Both the position numbers and the translations under genes were made by a program. From Chloroflexota bacterium (GTDB lineage Bacteria; Chloroflexota; Limnocylindria; Limnocylindrales; CSP1-4), in NCBI GenBank assembly GCA_004297395.1, contig SCUO01000100.1, positions 3,043 to 67,042 on the forward strand: 64,000 nucleotides of DNA, given 5' to 3'. Below, piece by piece: positions 16,430 through 25,796 of this stretch. The stretch's first letter is position 1. Each line of letters begins with the position of its first letter. The notes beneath the pieces were generated by a model. That model did not search any database. It worked only from the letters and a program-made list of their open reading frames with translations, and was not told where the DNA came from.

Positions 16430-18049
16430 ATGACCAACTCAGTGAGCCCGCCCGCGCGCGCCGGTGCCGCCCCGCCCGCCGCTCCGCCCGCCGCCGTCGG
16501 AGTCCCACGAGCCGGCCGTGCCGGCGCGGCCGGCGCCGGCATCGTGGCGACGGCGAGCGCCATCGCGACCGGTGAGCTGCTGGCCGGTCTCCTGCCCGGT
16601 GTTCCGTCGCCGATCCTGGCCGTCGGGCGCGTCGTCATCGACCTCCAGCCGCCTGGAGCCAAGGAGCTCGTGGTCTCGATCTTCGGGACCGCCGACAAGC
16701 TGGCCCTCGAGGTCCTCGTGCTGGGCGTTGCCCTCGCGATCGGGGCGGTCATCGGGGTCCTGGGGCTGTCGCGGCTGACGGTCGCGTCCGCGCTCGTGGG
16801 TGCGTTCGTCGTCGTTGGGGTCGCGGCCGGGCTCCAGGCGCCGGACACGCAGCCGGCCCTCGCGGTCCTCGGCGGCCTGGCCGAGTTCGCGGTCGGATCG
16901 ACCGTCCTCGATCGACTCCTGCAGCTCATGCGCGCTGCCCCGGCGTCGGCGACCTCGGCGACGACCTCGACCGGTCGCGGCATCGGGCCCGACTGGTCCC
17001 GCCGGATGCTCCTCGTCCGCGGCGGCGGTCTCGCGGTTGCGTCGGTCGCGGCCGGCGTCATCGGCCGGCTCCTGCTCGATCGCCAGCGCGTCCCGGCGAC
17101 CGGCGAGCTGCCCGGCCCGGTGATCGGCGCCGACCTCCCGCCCGGCGCGGATCTCGAGGTCGAGGAGCTGACCCCGATCGTCGTCCCGAATGACGACTTC
17201 TACCGGATCGACACGGCGCTCCTCGTCCCGAACGTCGACGTCGATTCCTGGCGCCTCCGGATCCATGGCCTTGTCGACCGCGAGGTCACGCTCGACTACG
17301 GCGACCTCACTGACCTCGAGATCGTGGAGCAGTACGTGACGATCGCCTGCGTCTCGAACCGGGTCGGGGGCGATCTCATCGGCAACGCCCTCTGGACCGG
17401 CGTCCGGCTGCGTGACGTCCTGGATCTCGCCGGTGTCCGGGCCGAGGCGACCCAGCTGGTGGGGCGATCGGTCGACGGCTGGACCGCGGGCATGCCCCTG
17501 AGCTGGATCATGGATCCCGAGCGCGAGCCGATGATCGCCGTGGGGATGAACGGCACTCCCCTGCCCCGCCAGCACGGCTATCCCGCCCGGCTCATCGTTC
17601 CCGGGCTGTACGGCTACGTCTCGGCCACGAAGTGGCTGGCCGAGCTGGAGCTGACGACGATGGAGGCGTTCGACGGCTACTGGGTGCCGCTCGGCTGGGC
17701 CAAGGAGGCACCCATCCTGACCCAGTCGCGGATCGACCGGCCCAGGCCCGGCGCATCGATTGCCGCAGGTCCGTACACGGTGGCCGGGATGGCCTGGGCG
17801 GTGGATCGGGGAATCTCGAAGGTGGAGGTCCAGGTCGACGACGGCGAGTGGCGCGAAGCGTCGCTCTCCACCCCCATCTCGGATGCCACGTGGATCCAGT
17901 GGCAGCTCGACTGGCCGGCCGTGGCCGGCGATCACCGGGTTCGGGTCCGGGCCACGGACGGCACGGGCGAGACGCAGACCGAGACGCCGTCGCGACCCGA
18001 CCCGGACGGCGCCCGGGGCTGGCATTCGGTGAGCTTCTCGGTCGGGTGA
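16430..18049 (+). CDS. membrane-anchored molybdopterin-dependent oxidoreductase (sulfite-oxidase family)
   Basis: In-frame ATG at 16430. N-terminal polytopic region, then FYRID..., the Mo-ligand cysteine context TIACVSNRVGG, and HGYPARLIVPGLYGYVSATKWL. Confidence 0.85.
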   Translation: MTNSVSPPARAGAAPPAAPPAAVGVPRAGRAGAAGAGIVATASAIATGELLAGLLPGVPSPILAVGRVVIDLQPPGAKELVVSIFGTADKLALEVLVLGVALAIGAVIGVLGLSRLTVASALVGAFVVVGVAAGLQAPDTQPALAVLGGLAEFAVGSTVLDRLLQLMRAAPASATSATTSTGRGIGPDWSRRMLLVRGGGLAVASVAAGVIGRLLLDRQRVPATGELPGPVIGADLPPGADLEVEELTPIVVPNDDFYRIDTALLVPNVDVDSWRLRIHGLVDREVTLDYGDLTDLEIVEQYVTIACVSNRVGGDLIGNALWTGVRLRDVLDLAGVRAEATQLVGRSVDGWTAGMPLSWIMDPEREPMIAVGMNGTPLPRQHGYPARLIVPGLYGYVSATKWLAELELTTMEAFDGYWVPLGWAKEAPILTQSRIDRPRPGASIAAGPYTVAGMAWAVDRGISKVEVQVDDGEWREASLSTPISDATWIQWQLDWPAVAGDHRVRVRATDGTGETQTETPSRPDPDGARGWHSVSFSVG

Positions 18050-18107
18050 GCCCGGCGGCCCGGGCGGTCACCGGGCGGGTTGAGCCGGGTCGCGCTAGAT
18101 TCGGGCC

Positions 18108-18674
18108 GTGGTACGTCGCGCGTTCGTCTTCGACCCCCCGGACCGGTTCGTCGCCGGCACGGTCGGGGAGCCCGGCAGCCGAACCTTCTTCCTCCAGGCC
18201 CGGGAGGGCAGCCGGGTCGTCAGCGTCATCCTCGAGAAGACCCAGGTCGCCATCCTCGCCGAGCGGCTCGGCAGCCTCCTGACCGAGCTGGACCAGCGCG
18301 GCCTGGCCGAGCTCAACCCGGTCCACCTGCCGGACGATGTCGCACCCCTGGACGAGCCGCTCAACGAGGCCTTCCGCGCTGGGACTCTGACCCTCGGCTG
18401 GGACGGCGAGCGCCGGAGCGTCCTCATCGAGGCCCGCGCCCAAACCGAGGAGGAGGACGATCCCGAGACGCTCGAGGCGCTCGAGGACCTCGAGGACGAC
18501 CCCGACGGGCCGGACTTCCTCCGCGTCCGGATCACCGCCGATGCCGCTCGGACCTTCGTGGAGCGGGCGATGCGGGTCGTTCGTGCCGGTCGCCCCCCGT
18601 GTCCGCTGTGCGGCAATCCGCTCGATCCCCAGGGGCACATCTGCCCCCGCCGGAACGGCCAGTACGTCCACTGA
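18108..18674 (+). CDS. DUF3090 family protein
   Basis: FDPPDRFVAGTVGEPGSRTFFLQA...GRPPCPLCGNPLDPQGHICPRRNG is the characteristic DUF3090 pattern. Confidence 0.85.
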   Translation: MVRRAFVFDPPDRFVAGTVGEPGSRTFFLQAREGSRVVSVILEKTQVAILAERLGSLLTELDQRGLAELNPVHLPDDVAPLDEPLNEAFRAGTLTLGWDGERRSVLIEARAQTEEEDDPETLEALEDLEDDPDGPDFLRVRITADAARTFVERAMRVVRAGRPPCPLCGNPLDPQGHICPRRNGQYVH

Positions 18675-18708
18675 GCCGGGCGTCCCGGCGGCGGCCGGCG
18701 CGTCCCCC

Positions 18709-19431
18709 GTGCGGGTGACCGACCCGGCGACCCTCGGTGCGCTCCGGGAGGGCGAGCTCGAGGTCCTCGGGCGCCTGCCCGGCTCGACGAACCAGGCCCT
18801 CGTGGTCCTCGTCCATCACCCGGCGCTGGCCGAGCCCTTCCACGCCGTGTACAAGGCGATCCTCGCCGAGCGGCCGCTGTTCGACTTCCCGATCGGGACG
18901 CTTGCCCGCCGCGAGGTCGCCGCGTTCCTCGTCTCCGAGGCGACGGGTTGGGGCATCGTCCCGCCGACGGTCCTGCGCGACGGTCCGTACGGCGAGGGCA
19001 TGGTCCAGCAATGGATCCACGGCGACGGGTCGGTGGATCTGGTTGGGCTCGTCACCGGCGACCACGAGCGACTGCGCCCCATGGCCGTGTTCGACGCGAT
19101 CGTGAACAACACCGACCGCAAGGGCGGCCATCTGGTGCCCATGCCGGACGGCCATATCTACGGTGTCGATCACGGGGTGACGTTCTCGGTCGAGCCCAAG
19201 CTCCGGACGGTCCTGTGGGGCTGGATCGGGATGCCGTTCGATGCCGCCGAGCTGGCCGGCCTCGAACGCGTCCGGGACGCCCTGCGGGCCGAGCTGGGGA
19301 CGGCGCTGCTCGAGCTCCTCGATCCGGCCGAGGTCACGGCCACGAGACGGCGTGTCGCCTCGCTCCTTCGGTTCCGCCGCTTTCCCCGCCCGAACCCCGA
19401 CTGGCCCTCGATCCCCTGGCCGCCCTTCTGA
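18709..19431 (+). CDS. SCO1664-family protein (PI3/4-kinase-like fold), partner of DUF3090
   Basis: In-frame GTG at 18709. Motifs: GSTNQALVV...AVYKAILAERPLFDFP...FDAIVNNTDRKGGHL...GVDHGVTF. Confidence 0.8.
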   Translation: MRVTDPATLGALREGELEVLGRLPGSTNQALVVLVHHPALAEPFHAVYKAILAERPLFDFPIGTLARREVAAFLVSEATGWGIVPPTVLRDGPYGEGMVQQWIHGDGSVDLVGLVTGDHERLRPMAVFDAIVNNTDRKGGHLVPMPDGHIYGVDHGVTFSVEPKLRTVLWGWIGMPFDAAELAGLERVRDALRAELGTALLELLDPAEVTATRRRVASLLRFRRFPRPNPDWPSIPWPPF

Positions 19432-19475
19432 GCTCGACGGCGCAGGGCCAGCCCGGGGCCGGGACCGGGGACCGG

Positions 19476-19528
19476 GACCCAGCGACCGGGGCCGGCGACC
19501 CAGCGACCGGGGCCGTAACCCAGCGACG
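19476..19528. repeat. 21-bp tandem repeat, about 2.5 copies (gacccagcgaccggggccg..)
   Basis: Read directly: units at 19476-19496 and 19497-19517, and a partial unit at 19518-19527. Located just downstream of the SCO1664-family stop codon. Confidence 0.7.
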
Positions 19529-19881
19529 CGTGCTGCGCCCGGTGACAGGGCAGACGGCGACTGGTCCCCGTCCTGACCGACAAATCGGTCATCCGTCGAA
19601 GGAAGACGGCCCGGCCGCCCTTTGCGTGGTCGATCGACCGATACGTTGGACGGATGAAGGCTGAACCGTCCGATTCCGGCCGGTCCGCGACCGGGCGGGC
19701 GAGGTCCTTCGTCGCATGCGGGAATATCGGACAGGAGACTGACGAGGGCTCCAGCGACGCGGCCGAGCCGATGCGCCCAGTGGCGGTCCGCGAGCCGGCG
19801 ACCGCCGTCCGCAGGGCCCGGCGCGTCCAGGCGCGGTCCGCGAGGCGCCGCGATGCCGCATCATCGCGGCGAGGAGGGACC

Positions 19882-21441
19882 GTGGGCTCGGCCGACCAGC
19901 TGCTCGCGCTCGACGTCGGGACACAGAGCGTCCGCGCCCTGCTCTTCGATCCGCGCGGCGCGCTCGTCGCCTCCGGCCGCGTGCCGATCGAGCCGTACGT
20001 CTCGCCGCAGCCCGGCTGGGCCGAGCAGGATCCCGAGGTCTGGTGGTCAGCGATCGGCGAGGCCTGCCGGCGCCTGTGGGCGAACCCGGAGGCACGCTCC
20101 GAAGCCGTCGCCGGCGTGGCCCTCACCACCCAGCGAGTCACGATCGTCGTGGCCGACGAGGACGGCCGCCCGCTCCGACCGGCGATCGTGTGGCTCGACC
20201 AGCGCCAGACCGAGGGCCTGAAACCGATCGGCGGCCGCTGGGGCGTGGCCTTCCTCGCTGCCGGTGTGACCGAGACGGTCGCCCGCTTCCAGGCCGACGC
20301 CGAGGCCAACTGGATCGAGCGCCACGAGCCCGACATCTGGCGTCGCATCCGCCGCTACGGCGTGCTCTCCTCGTGGCTGACCGCCCGCCTCGTCGGCCGC
20401 TGGGTCGATTCCTCGGCCGCCCAGGTCGGCTACCTGCCGTTCGACTTCCGGCGCTCGCGATGGGCCGGCAAGCTCGACTGGAAGTGGGAGGTCGCGAGCT
20501 TCGACCGATCGTGGCTGCCCGAACTCATCGACCCGACCGGCATCCTGGGCGAGCTGACGACGGACGCCGCGGCCCACCTGGGGCTCCGGCCCGGAGTCCC
20601 GCTCATCGCCTCGGCCGGCGACAAGCAGGCCGAGGCGCTCGGAGCGGGCGCCCTCACTCCGGAGATCGCCGCCCTGTCGTTCGGAACCACGGCCACGATC
20701 GGGACGACCCACCGCCGCTACCTCGAGGCGATCCCGCTCGTTCCGCCGTACCCGGCCGCGATCCCGGGCGCCTGGTTCGTGGAGCTCCAGGTCCTCCGCG
20801 GGTTCTGGATGGTGGAGTGGTTCAAGCGCGAGTTCGGGGCCTCCGAGATCGCCCGGGGCGAAACCCTGGACGTCCCGCCCGAGGCCCTGTTCGAGGAGCT
20901 CCTGGCGGCCTCGCCGCCGGGCTCGATGGGCCTCGTCCTGCAGCCCTACTGGATGCCCGGCGTTCGCTATCCCGGGCCCGAGGCGAAGGGCGCGATCGTC
21001 GGCTTCGGTGACATCCACGGCCGGGCTCACGTCTACCGGGCGATCCTCGAGGGGTTGGCATACGGCCTCCGCGAAGGCGCCGAGCGGACCGTCCGCAAGA
21101 GCGGCGTCCCAATCCGCGAGCTGCGGGTGTCCGGTGGCGGGTCGCAGTCCCGTGCCGCGGTCCAGCTCTTCGCCGACGTCTTCGGCGTCCCGGCGGCGCG
21201 CCCGCACACGCACGAAGCGGCCGGCCTGGGCGCTGCGATCGATGCGGCCCTGGGGCTCGGCCTGCATCCCGACGCGGGGACCGCCGGGGCCGAGATGGTC
21301 CGGGTCGCCGAGACCTTCGAGCCGAACCGCGAGGCCAGCGCCCTGTATGAGGACCTGTACCGGTCCGTCTACCTCGTCATGTACGACCGGCTTCGACCGC
21401 TGTATCGCGAGATCAGGCGGATCACGGGCTATCCGCGCTGA
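19882..21441 (+). CDS. FGGY-family carbohydrate kinase
   Basis: In-frame GTG at 19882, preceded by GAGGAGGGA. Motifs: LALDVGTQSVRALL...GWAEQDPEVWW...VWLDQR...VSGGGSQS. Confidence 0.85.
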   Translation: MGSADQLLALDVGTQSVRALLFDPRGALVASGRVPIEPYVSPQPGWAEQDPEVWWSAIGEACRRLWANPEARSEAVAGVALTTQRVTIVVADEDGRPLRPAIVWLDQRQTEGLKPIGGRWGVAFLAAGVTETVARFQADAEANWIERHEPDIWRRIRRYGVLSSWLTARLVGRWVDSSAAQVGYLPFDFRRSRWAGKLDWKWEVASFDRSWLPELIDPTGILGELTTDAAAHLGLRPGVPLIASAGDKQAEALGAGALTPEIAALSFGTTATIGTTHRRYLEAIPLVPPYPAAIPGAWFVELQVLRGFWMVEWFKREFGASEIARGETLDVPPEALFEELLAASPPGSMGLVLQPYWMPGVRYPGPEAKGAIVGFGDIHGRAHVYRAILEGLAYGLREGAERTVRKSGVPIRELRVSGGGSQSRAAVQLFADVFGVPAARPHTHEAAGLGAAIDAALGLGLHPDAGTAGAEMVRVAETFEPNREASALYEDLYRSVYLVMYDRLRPLYREIRRITGYPR

Positions 21442-21501
21442 CGGCCGTCGCCTCGATGACCTACGGCGCATCCGGTCGCGGCACCGCGGCACCGCCGACT
21501 G

Positions 21502-22176
21502 CTATTCCGAGCTCGCCGTCGCTGTGCGGATCGGGCGCTCGAAGACGAGCAGCCGCCACCAGCCCACGGCGGTGATCGGCCCGGCGGGCTCCAGGCCCGC
21601 CGCCGCCGCCGCGGCGCTGACCCGCTGGTGGGAGTGAGCGTAGGCGCGGTAGGCGTTGCGGGTCAGGCGATACCAGGTGTTGCCGACGGCGATGACCGCC
21701 CGGACCGGCCAGGCGTCGGGCGGGATCGTGATCGCGAGCCGGTGCCGCGTCCGGGCCGCCGCGAGGCCCACGAGCCGCTCAACATCGCCGTAACAGCAGA
21801 CCACCCGGTCGAGGGCCACGAGGTCGGCGGCCTCGATGCCTGAGGCGAGCGTCACGAAATCGCCGTGCTCGAACCGGACGCGGTCGACAACCCCCGTCCG
21901 TTCGGCCTCGGAACGGGCGGCCTCGAGATACGGCCGCGAGGCATCGACATCGATGGCGCTGGCTGCGCCCCGGGCGAGCAGCTGCTGGTGGACGGCACCC
22001 ACCCCACCGCCGATGTCGAGGACCGTTCGGCCCTCGGCGCCCTCGCGGGCGAGAGCCTCGGCGATCGCCCGGGAGGCGCGACCGGGACCCTTGCGCCGGT
22101 ACTCGCGCAGCTCGCGCTGGGCCAGCGCGCCATCGAAGGCGGCGTCGTAGCACGAGGCGCAGCACTGTTCCCGCAC
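21502..22176 (-). CDS. class I SAM-dependent methyltransferase with an N-terminal Cys motif
   Basis: CCASCYD...YRRKGP is followed by motif I, VLDIGGGVG. The start (GTG at 22176) is uncertain. The upstream gene ends at 22227. Confidence 0.7.
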   Translation of the reverse strand: MREQCCASCYDAAFDGALAQRELREYRRKGPGRASRAIAEALAREGAEGRTVLDIGGGVGAVHQQLLARGAASAIDVDASRPYLEAARSEAERTGVVDRVRFEHGDFVTLASGIEAADLVALDRVVCCYGDVERLVGLAAARTRHRLAITIPPDAWPVRAVIAVGNTWYRLTRNAYRAYAHSHQRVSAAAAAAGLEPAGPITAVGWWRLLVFERPIRTATASSE

Positions 22177-22226
22177 GGCCCGGAGCGTACCCCGGCCGAG
22201 CGGCCCGGAAAAGCCCCGAATCGAGG

Positions 22227-23246
22227 CTAGGCCCGGACCTCCTGGCGCATGAACCAGACGTAGGCCGCCGCGAAGCACAGGGCGGTCATCGCGACCAGGG
22301 CGACGACGTGCGGCCAGATGAGCAGGACGCTCTGGTCGAAGGCCAGGTACTGGCCCTGGATCTGCTGGCCGAGCTGCTCGTACTGATCGATCGTCGCGGG
22401 CGTGGTCACGGTCGTCACGTCGGGACGGAGCAGGACCGCCGAGGCCTCCTGGTAGAGGGTCAGCGGCAGGAGTCGCTGGATCGTCTCGGACAGCCCGGTC
22501 AGGCCCAGGAACTCCTCCAGGCTGCCGGCGCTGGCCACCGGGGCGAGGACCCCGGCGATCGCCCCGACGACCAGGCTGCCGAAGATGGCGATGGCGATCC
22601 AGATCCCGAAGCCGGCCAGGGCCGCGTTGGCGGCCCGTCGCATCGCGACCGACAGAACCAGCCCGAGGGCCAGCCACAGGCCCACCCAGACGACGGTGAT
22701 GGCATACCAGGCCACGAGCCTGATGATGTCGTCGCCGCTCGGCACGATCCCGAGCCGGAACATGCCGAAGCCCGAGATGATCGCGAAGACCGAGAACATG
22801 ACCAGGGCGATGACCGCCAGGCCGGCGGCGAACTTGCCATTGATGACGTCATCGCGGTAGATCGGCTGGGACAGGAGGCGCGGCAGCGTCCCGTCGGCGC
22901 GCTCGCTGTTGATGGCGTCGAAGGCGAAGGCCACGCCGAGGAGCGGGGCCACGATCGCCACGAACGTCAGGACGTTCGGGACCGGACTGTCGCTCTGGGT
23001 CAGGAGGAAGAGCAGGAGGAACGCGCCGCGGGTGTCGGTCAGGCGGTTGGCCACATCCCGGATCGCGTCCGTGGCGAGGTAGATCGGGACGATCGTCGCG
23101 GCCCCGAGGACGAGGAGCAGGATCACGAAGCGGGCGCTCACCAGGTGATCGGCGAGCTCCTTGCGGGCGACGATGATCCAGCCCGCCCGGCGTCGCGGCT
23201 CGACCCGGCGAGGGTGCTGGACCTCGGCAGCTGCCTCGGCGGTCAT
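22227..23246 (-). CDS. ABC-2 type transporter permease
   Basis: In-frame ATG at 23246 overlaps the ATPase stop (ATGA). ARKELADHLVSARF is followed by about 6 TM segments. Confidence 0.8.
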   Translation of the reverse strand: MTAEAAAEVQHPRRVEPRRRAGWIIVARKELADHLVSARFVILLLVLGAATIVPIYLATDAIRDVANRLTDTRGAFLLLFLLTQSDSPVPNVLTFVAIVAPLLGVAFAFDAINSERADGTLPRLLSQPIYRDDVINGKFAAGLAVIALVMFSVFAIISGFGMFRLGIVPSGDDIIRLVAWYAITVVWVGLWLALGLVLSVAMRRAANAALAGFGIWIAIAIFGSLVVGAIAGVLAPVASAGSLEEFLGLTGLSETIQRLLPLTLYQEASAVLLRPDVTTVTTPATIDQYEQLGQQIQGQYLAFDQSVLLIWPHVVALVAMTALCFAAAYVWFMRQEVRA

Positions 23247-24382
23247 GCGCTGGTCTCCTCGCTGCGCGCATCGACGCTCTCGTCGATGCGATCGTCGGCG
23301 CCTTCGTCGGCGTGTTCGTCCGCGTGTTCGTCGGCACGCTCGTCGATGGTCTCGTCGACGGCGAAGCCCCGGCTCATGCCGGCGACCGCCGCCCGGTAGA
23401 TGTCCTCGAGCGAGGGCTCGAGCTCGTGCAGCCCGGTCAGCCGGAGGCCGTGGCGGGCGGCGGTCTCGACGATCGCCTCGCGCGCGGCGGCCGACCCGCC
23501 CGACGGACGGACGGCGATCCGCCACGTGCCCGTGCCGGCATCCAGGGCCGCATCGGTGATCCCATCGATGGCCCGAAGCGCCGGGCCGGGATCCGGGGCG
23601 TCGGGCTGGAACGTCGCCTCCAGGTGGGCCGCGCCGTCGCCGAACGTCGCAGCGAGCTCGGCCACCGTGCCGACCCCGATGAGCCGCCCGTGGGCAAAGA
23701 TGCCGACCCGGTCGCAGACGGTCTGGACCTGGTCGAGGAGGTGGCTGGAGAGCAGGACGGTCATGCCGCGCTCGCGGACGAGCCGCCGAAGGAGTTCGAG
23801 GATCTCGATGACGCCGATCGGGTCGATCGAGGCCGTCGGCTCGTCGAGGATGAGGACGTCCGGGTCCTTGATCAGGGCGTCGGCGATGCCGAGCCGCTGG
23901 ATCATGCCCCGCGAGTACGTGTCGGTCCGGCCGTCTGCCCGGTCCGTCAGGCCGACCTGGGCGAGGACCGCATCGATGTGGGCCTCGGCGTCGGCGCCGC
24001 CGAGGCCGTTGAGGCGGGCCGTGTAGCGGAGGTTCTCGCGGCCCGTCATGTTGCCGTAGAAGCCGACGGCATCCGGCAGGTAGCCGACCTTGCGCTTGAC
24101 CTCGAGCGGGTGGCGAGCCGGGTCGAGACCGACGACCCGCGAGCTGCCGCCGCTCGGCTCGGTCAGGCCGAGGAGCATGAGGATCGTCGTCGTCTTGCCG
24201 GCCCCGTTCTGGCCGAGGAGGCCGAAGATCTCGCCGCGCCGGACCTCGAGATCGAGCGCGTCGACCGCGATCCGGGCGCCGTAGTGCTTCGTCAGCGCCC
24301 GGGTCCGGATCGGCGACGCGGTGTTGCCGGCCTCCGATGTCCCGCCGCGGCGTCGCCGCGAGGGACGGGTGGCGGTGGTCAT
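23243..24382 (-). CDS. ABC transporter ATP-binding protein with an acidic, His-containing C-terminal tail
   Basis: Walker A GLLGQNGAGKTT, signature YSRGMIQRLGIA, Walker B VLILDEPT. The tail reads DETIDERADEHADEHADEGADDRIDESVD and is encoded by 12-nt periodic DNA. Confidence 0.9.
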   Translation of the reverse strand: MTTATRPSRRRRGGTSEAGNTASPIRTRALTKHYGARIAVDALDLEVRRGEIFGLLGQNGAGKTTTILMLLGLTEPSGGSSRVVGLDPARHPLEVKRKVGYLPDAVGFYGNMTGRENLRYTARLNGLGGADAEAHIDAVLAQVGLTDRADGRTDTYSRGMIQRLGIADALIKDPDVLILDEPTASIDPIGVIEILELLRRLVRERGMTVLLSSHLLDQVQTVCDRVGIFAHGRLIGVGTVAELAATFGDGAAHLEATFQPDAPDPGPALRAIDGITDAALDAGTGTWRIAVRPSGGSAAAREAIVETAARHGLRLTGLHELEPSLEDIYRAAVAGMSRGFAVDETIDERADEHADEHADEGADDRIDESVDARSEETSA

Positions 24383-24386
24383 CCGA

Positions 24387-25622
24387 CTACCGCCGGCCGT
24401 AGCGCTGGAAGACCCACCAGACACCGCCGATGACGGCGATGATGAGGGCGCCGCCGACGATGCCCCAGATGATCGAGGTCTCGACCGCATAGCGGATCTC
24501 GATCGAATCGCGGGTCGACTGATCGCCCGCGGCGGTCAGGGTCACCACGTAGTCGCCGGCGATGGCCGAGCCCGAGGGCGTGATCTGGGCGCTGATCGTC
24601 TCGCTCGCGCCGGCCTCGATCGACGGGATGGTCGCCTTGTCGAAGGTCACCTCCCAGCCCGACGGGGCCGAGCCGGTCACGTTGACGTTGGTGACCGCCG
24701 CCGTGCCGGTGTTCGTGACCGTGAATGTGAACGGCGTGGCGCTGCCGGCGTTGCCGCGACCGTTGAGCGGCGCGCCGTCGACCGTGGCCACGACGAGGCT
24801 GTACGAGCCGGTGATCTCGACGGACAGGTCGTTCACCAGGGTCTGGCCGCCGATGCTCGTCGCCACCTGGATCGGGTACGTCCCGGCATCGACGTCCTCG
24901 GGCGGCTCGACCGCGACCGTCACGCCGGCCGTCGAGTTGGCCTTGACGAGGGCCGACGCTGCCTGGCTCTGGCCGGTGAGGGTGGTGTTCACCGTCCAGC
25001 CGGTCGGTCCGACGCCGGTCGCCGAGTACGTCTGGTCCTCGGTCGTGTCGTTGACGACGGTCAGGCTGAAGCTGAAGGTCTGGGTGCTCGGGCCACGAAG
25101 CGCGGGGATGTCGTTCCTGATCGAGATCGCGCCGGTGGCATCCTGGTCCACCCGGACGTCCAGGACCAGCTCGACCGTCTCGGCCGCCGTCCGGCCGGTG
25201 AGGGTCATGCTCGTCGTCCCGGAGGCATCGGCCGGCACCTTCAGGTCGACCCGGATCTCCGTTGGGTCGATGCCGTTCGTCTCGACCGCGTCGATCACGA
25301 ATCCGCCGCCGTGCAGCTTGGCCTCCCAGGCCTCGGGGGCGCCCGCGAGGGCCAGCCCGACCCGCTGGGGGGTCGTCGTCGCGACCTCGACGTTGAAGCT
25401 GACGCTGGCGCCCGGGGCCACGACGATGGCGGGATAGGGCGTGGTGATCGTCAATGGATCGGCGGCGAGGGCCGTGGGGGCGGCAACGCCGAGGGCGAGA
25501 GCCCCGGCCGTCGCGAGGGTTGCCAGGCGCCTGGCCATGCGCCGCCCCGAACCCGGCCCGGTGGACCCGAATTCGCTCGACGTCGGGTGGCCGCTCGGCC
25601 ACCGGCTCACGATGCTCGCCAC
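24387..25622 (-). CDS. NEW3-domain (COG1470-like) cell-surface protein with a C-terminal TM anchor
   Basis: - Repeated Ig-like modules: GASVSFNVEV, TFSFSLTVVNDT, GTYPIQV, FTFTVTNTG.
- Signal-like segment RRMARRLATLATAGALALGVAAPTALA.
- C-terminal anchor IIWGIVGGALIIAVIGGVWWV.
- GTG at 25622 has GGAGGAG 4 nt upstream; an alternative start is ATG at 25538. Confidence 0.75.
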   Translation of the reverse strand: MASIVSRWPSGHPTSSEFGSTGPGSGRRMARRLATLATAGALALGVAAPTALAADPLTITTPYPAIVVAPGASVSFNVEVATTTPQRVGLALAGAPEAWEAKLHGGGFVIDAVETNGIDPTEIRVDLKVPADASGTTSMTLTGRTAAETVELVLDVRVDQDATGAISIRNDIPALRGPSTQTFSFSLTVVNDTTEDQTYSATGVGPTGWTVNTTLTGQSQAASALVKANSTAGVTVAVEPPEDVDAGTYPIQVATSIGGQTLVNDLSVEITGSYSLVVATVDGAPLNGRGNAGSATPFTFTVTNTGTAAVTNVNVTGSAPSGWEVTFDKATIPSIEAGASETISAQITPSGSAIAGDYVVTLTAAGDQSTRDSIEIRYAVETSIIWGIVGGALIIAVIGGVWWVFQRYGRR

Positions 25623-25796
25623 AAGTCTCCTCCAGCGTCTTCTCGCCGTTCACGCTCGGCCGTTGGCGGCGCCCGCGTCGGGGCGCCTGCCGCAGTCGGC
25701 CCTCTGTCGATCCCGCGCGGGGCATCGCCTCCCGTGAGGTGCCGTGCGGGACGGAATCTGCATCGGCGGGGCCGCGAGCGCAACTGCGGCCGGATG

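Noticed and set aside
19654-19881. ATG at 19654 as the start of the FGGY kinase (a 76-aa N-terminal extension)
   Set aside because: The extension is low-complexity and Arg/Ala/Ser-rich. A strong GAGGAGGGA Shine-Dalgarno sequence precedes the GTG at 19882, which begins the conserved LALDVGTQS kinase N-terminus.
12629-24382. Possible NosD-NosF-NosY-like relationship between the beta-helix protein (12.6-14.6 kb) and the ABC ATPase / ABC-2 permease (22.2-24.4 kb)
   Set aside because: The genes are 8 kb apart and separated by unrelated operons. The ABC pair already has its own NEW3-domain partner, and nosZ is absent. Nothing in the sequence supports a link.
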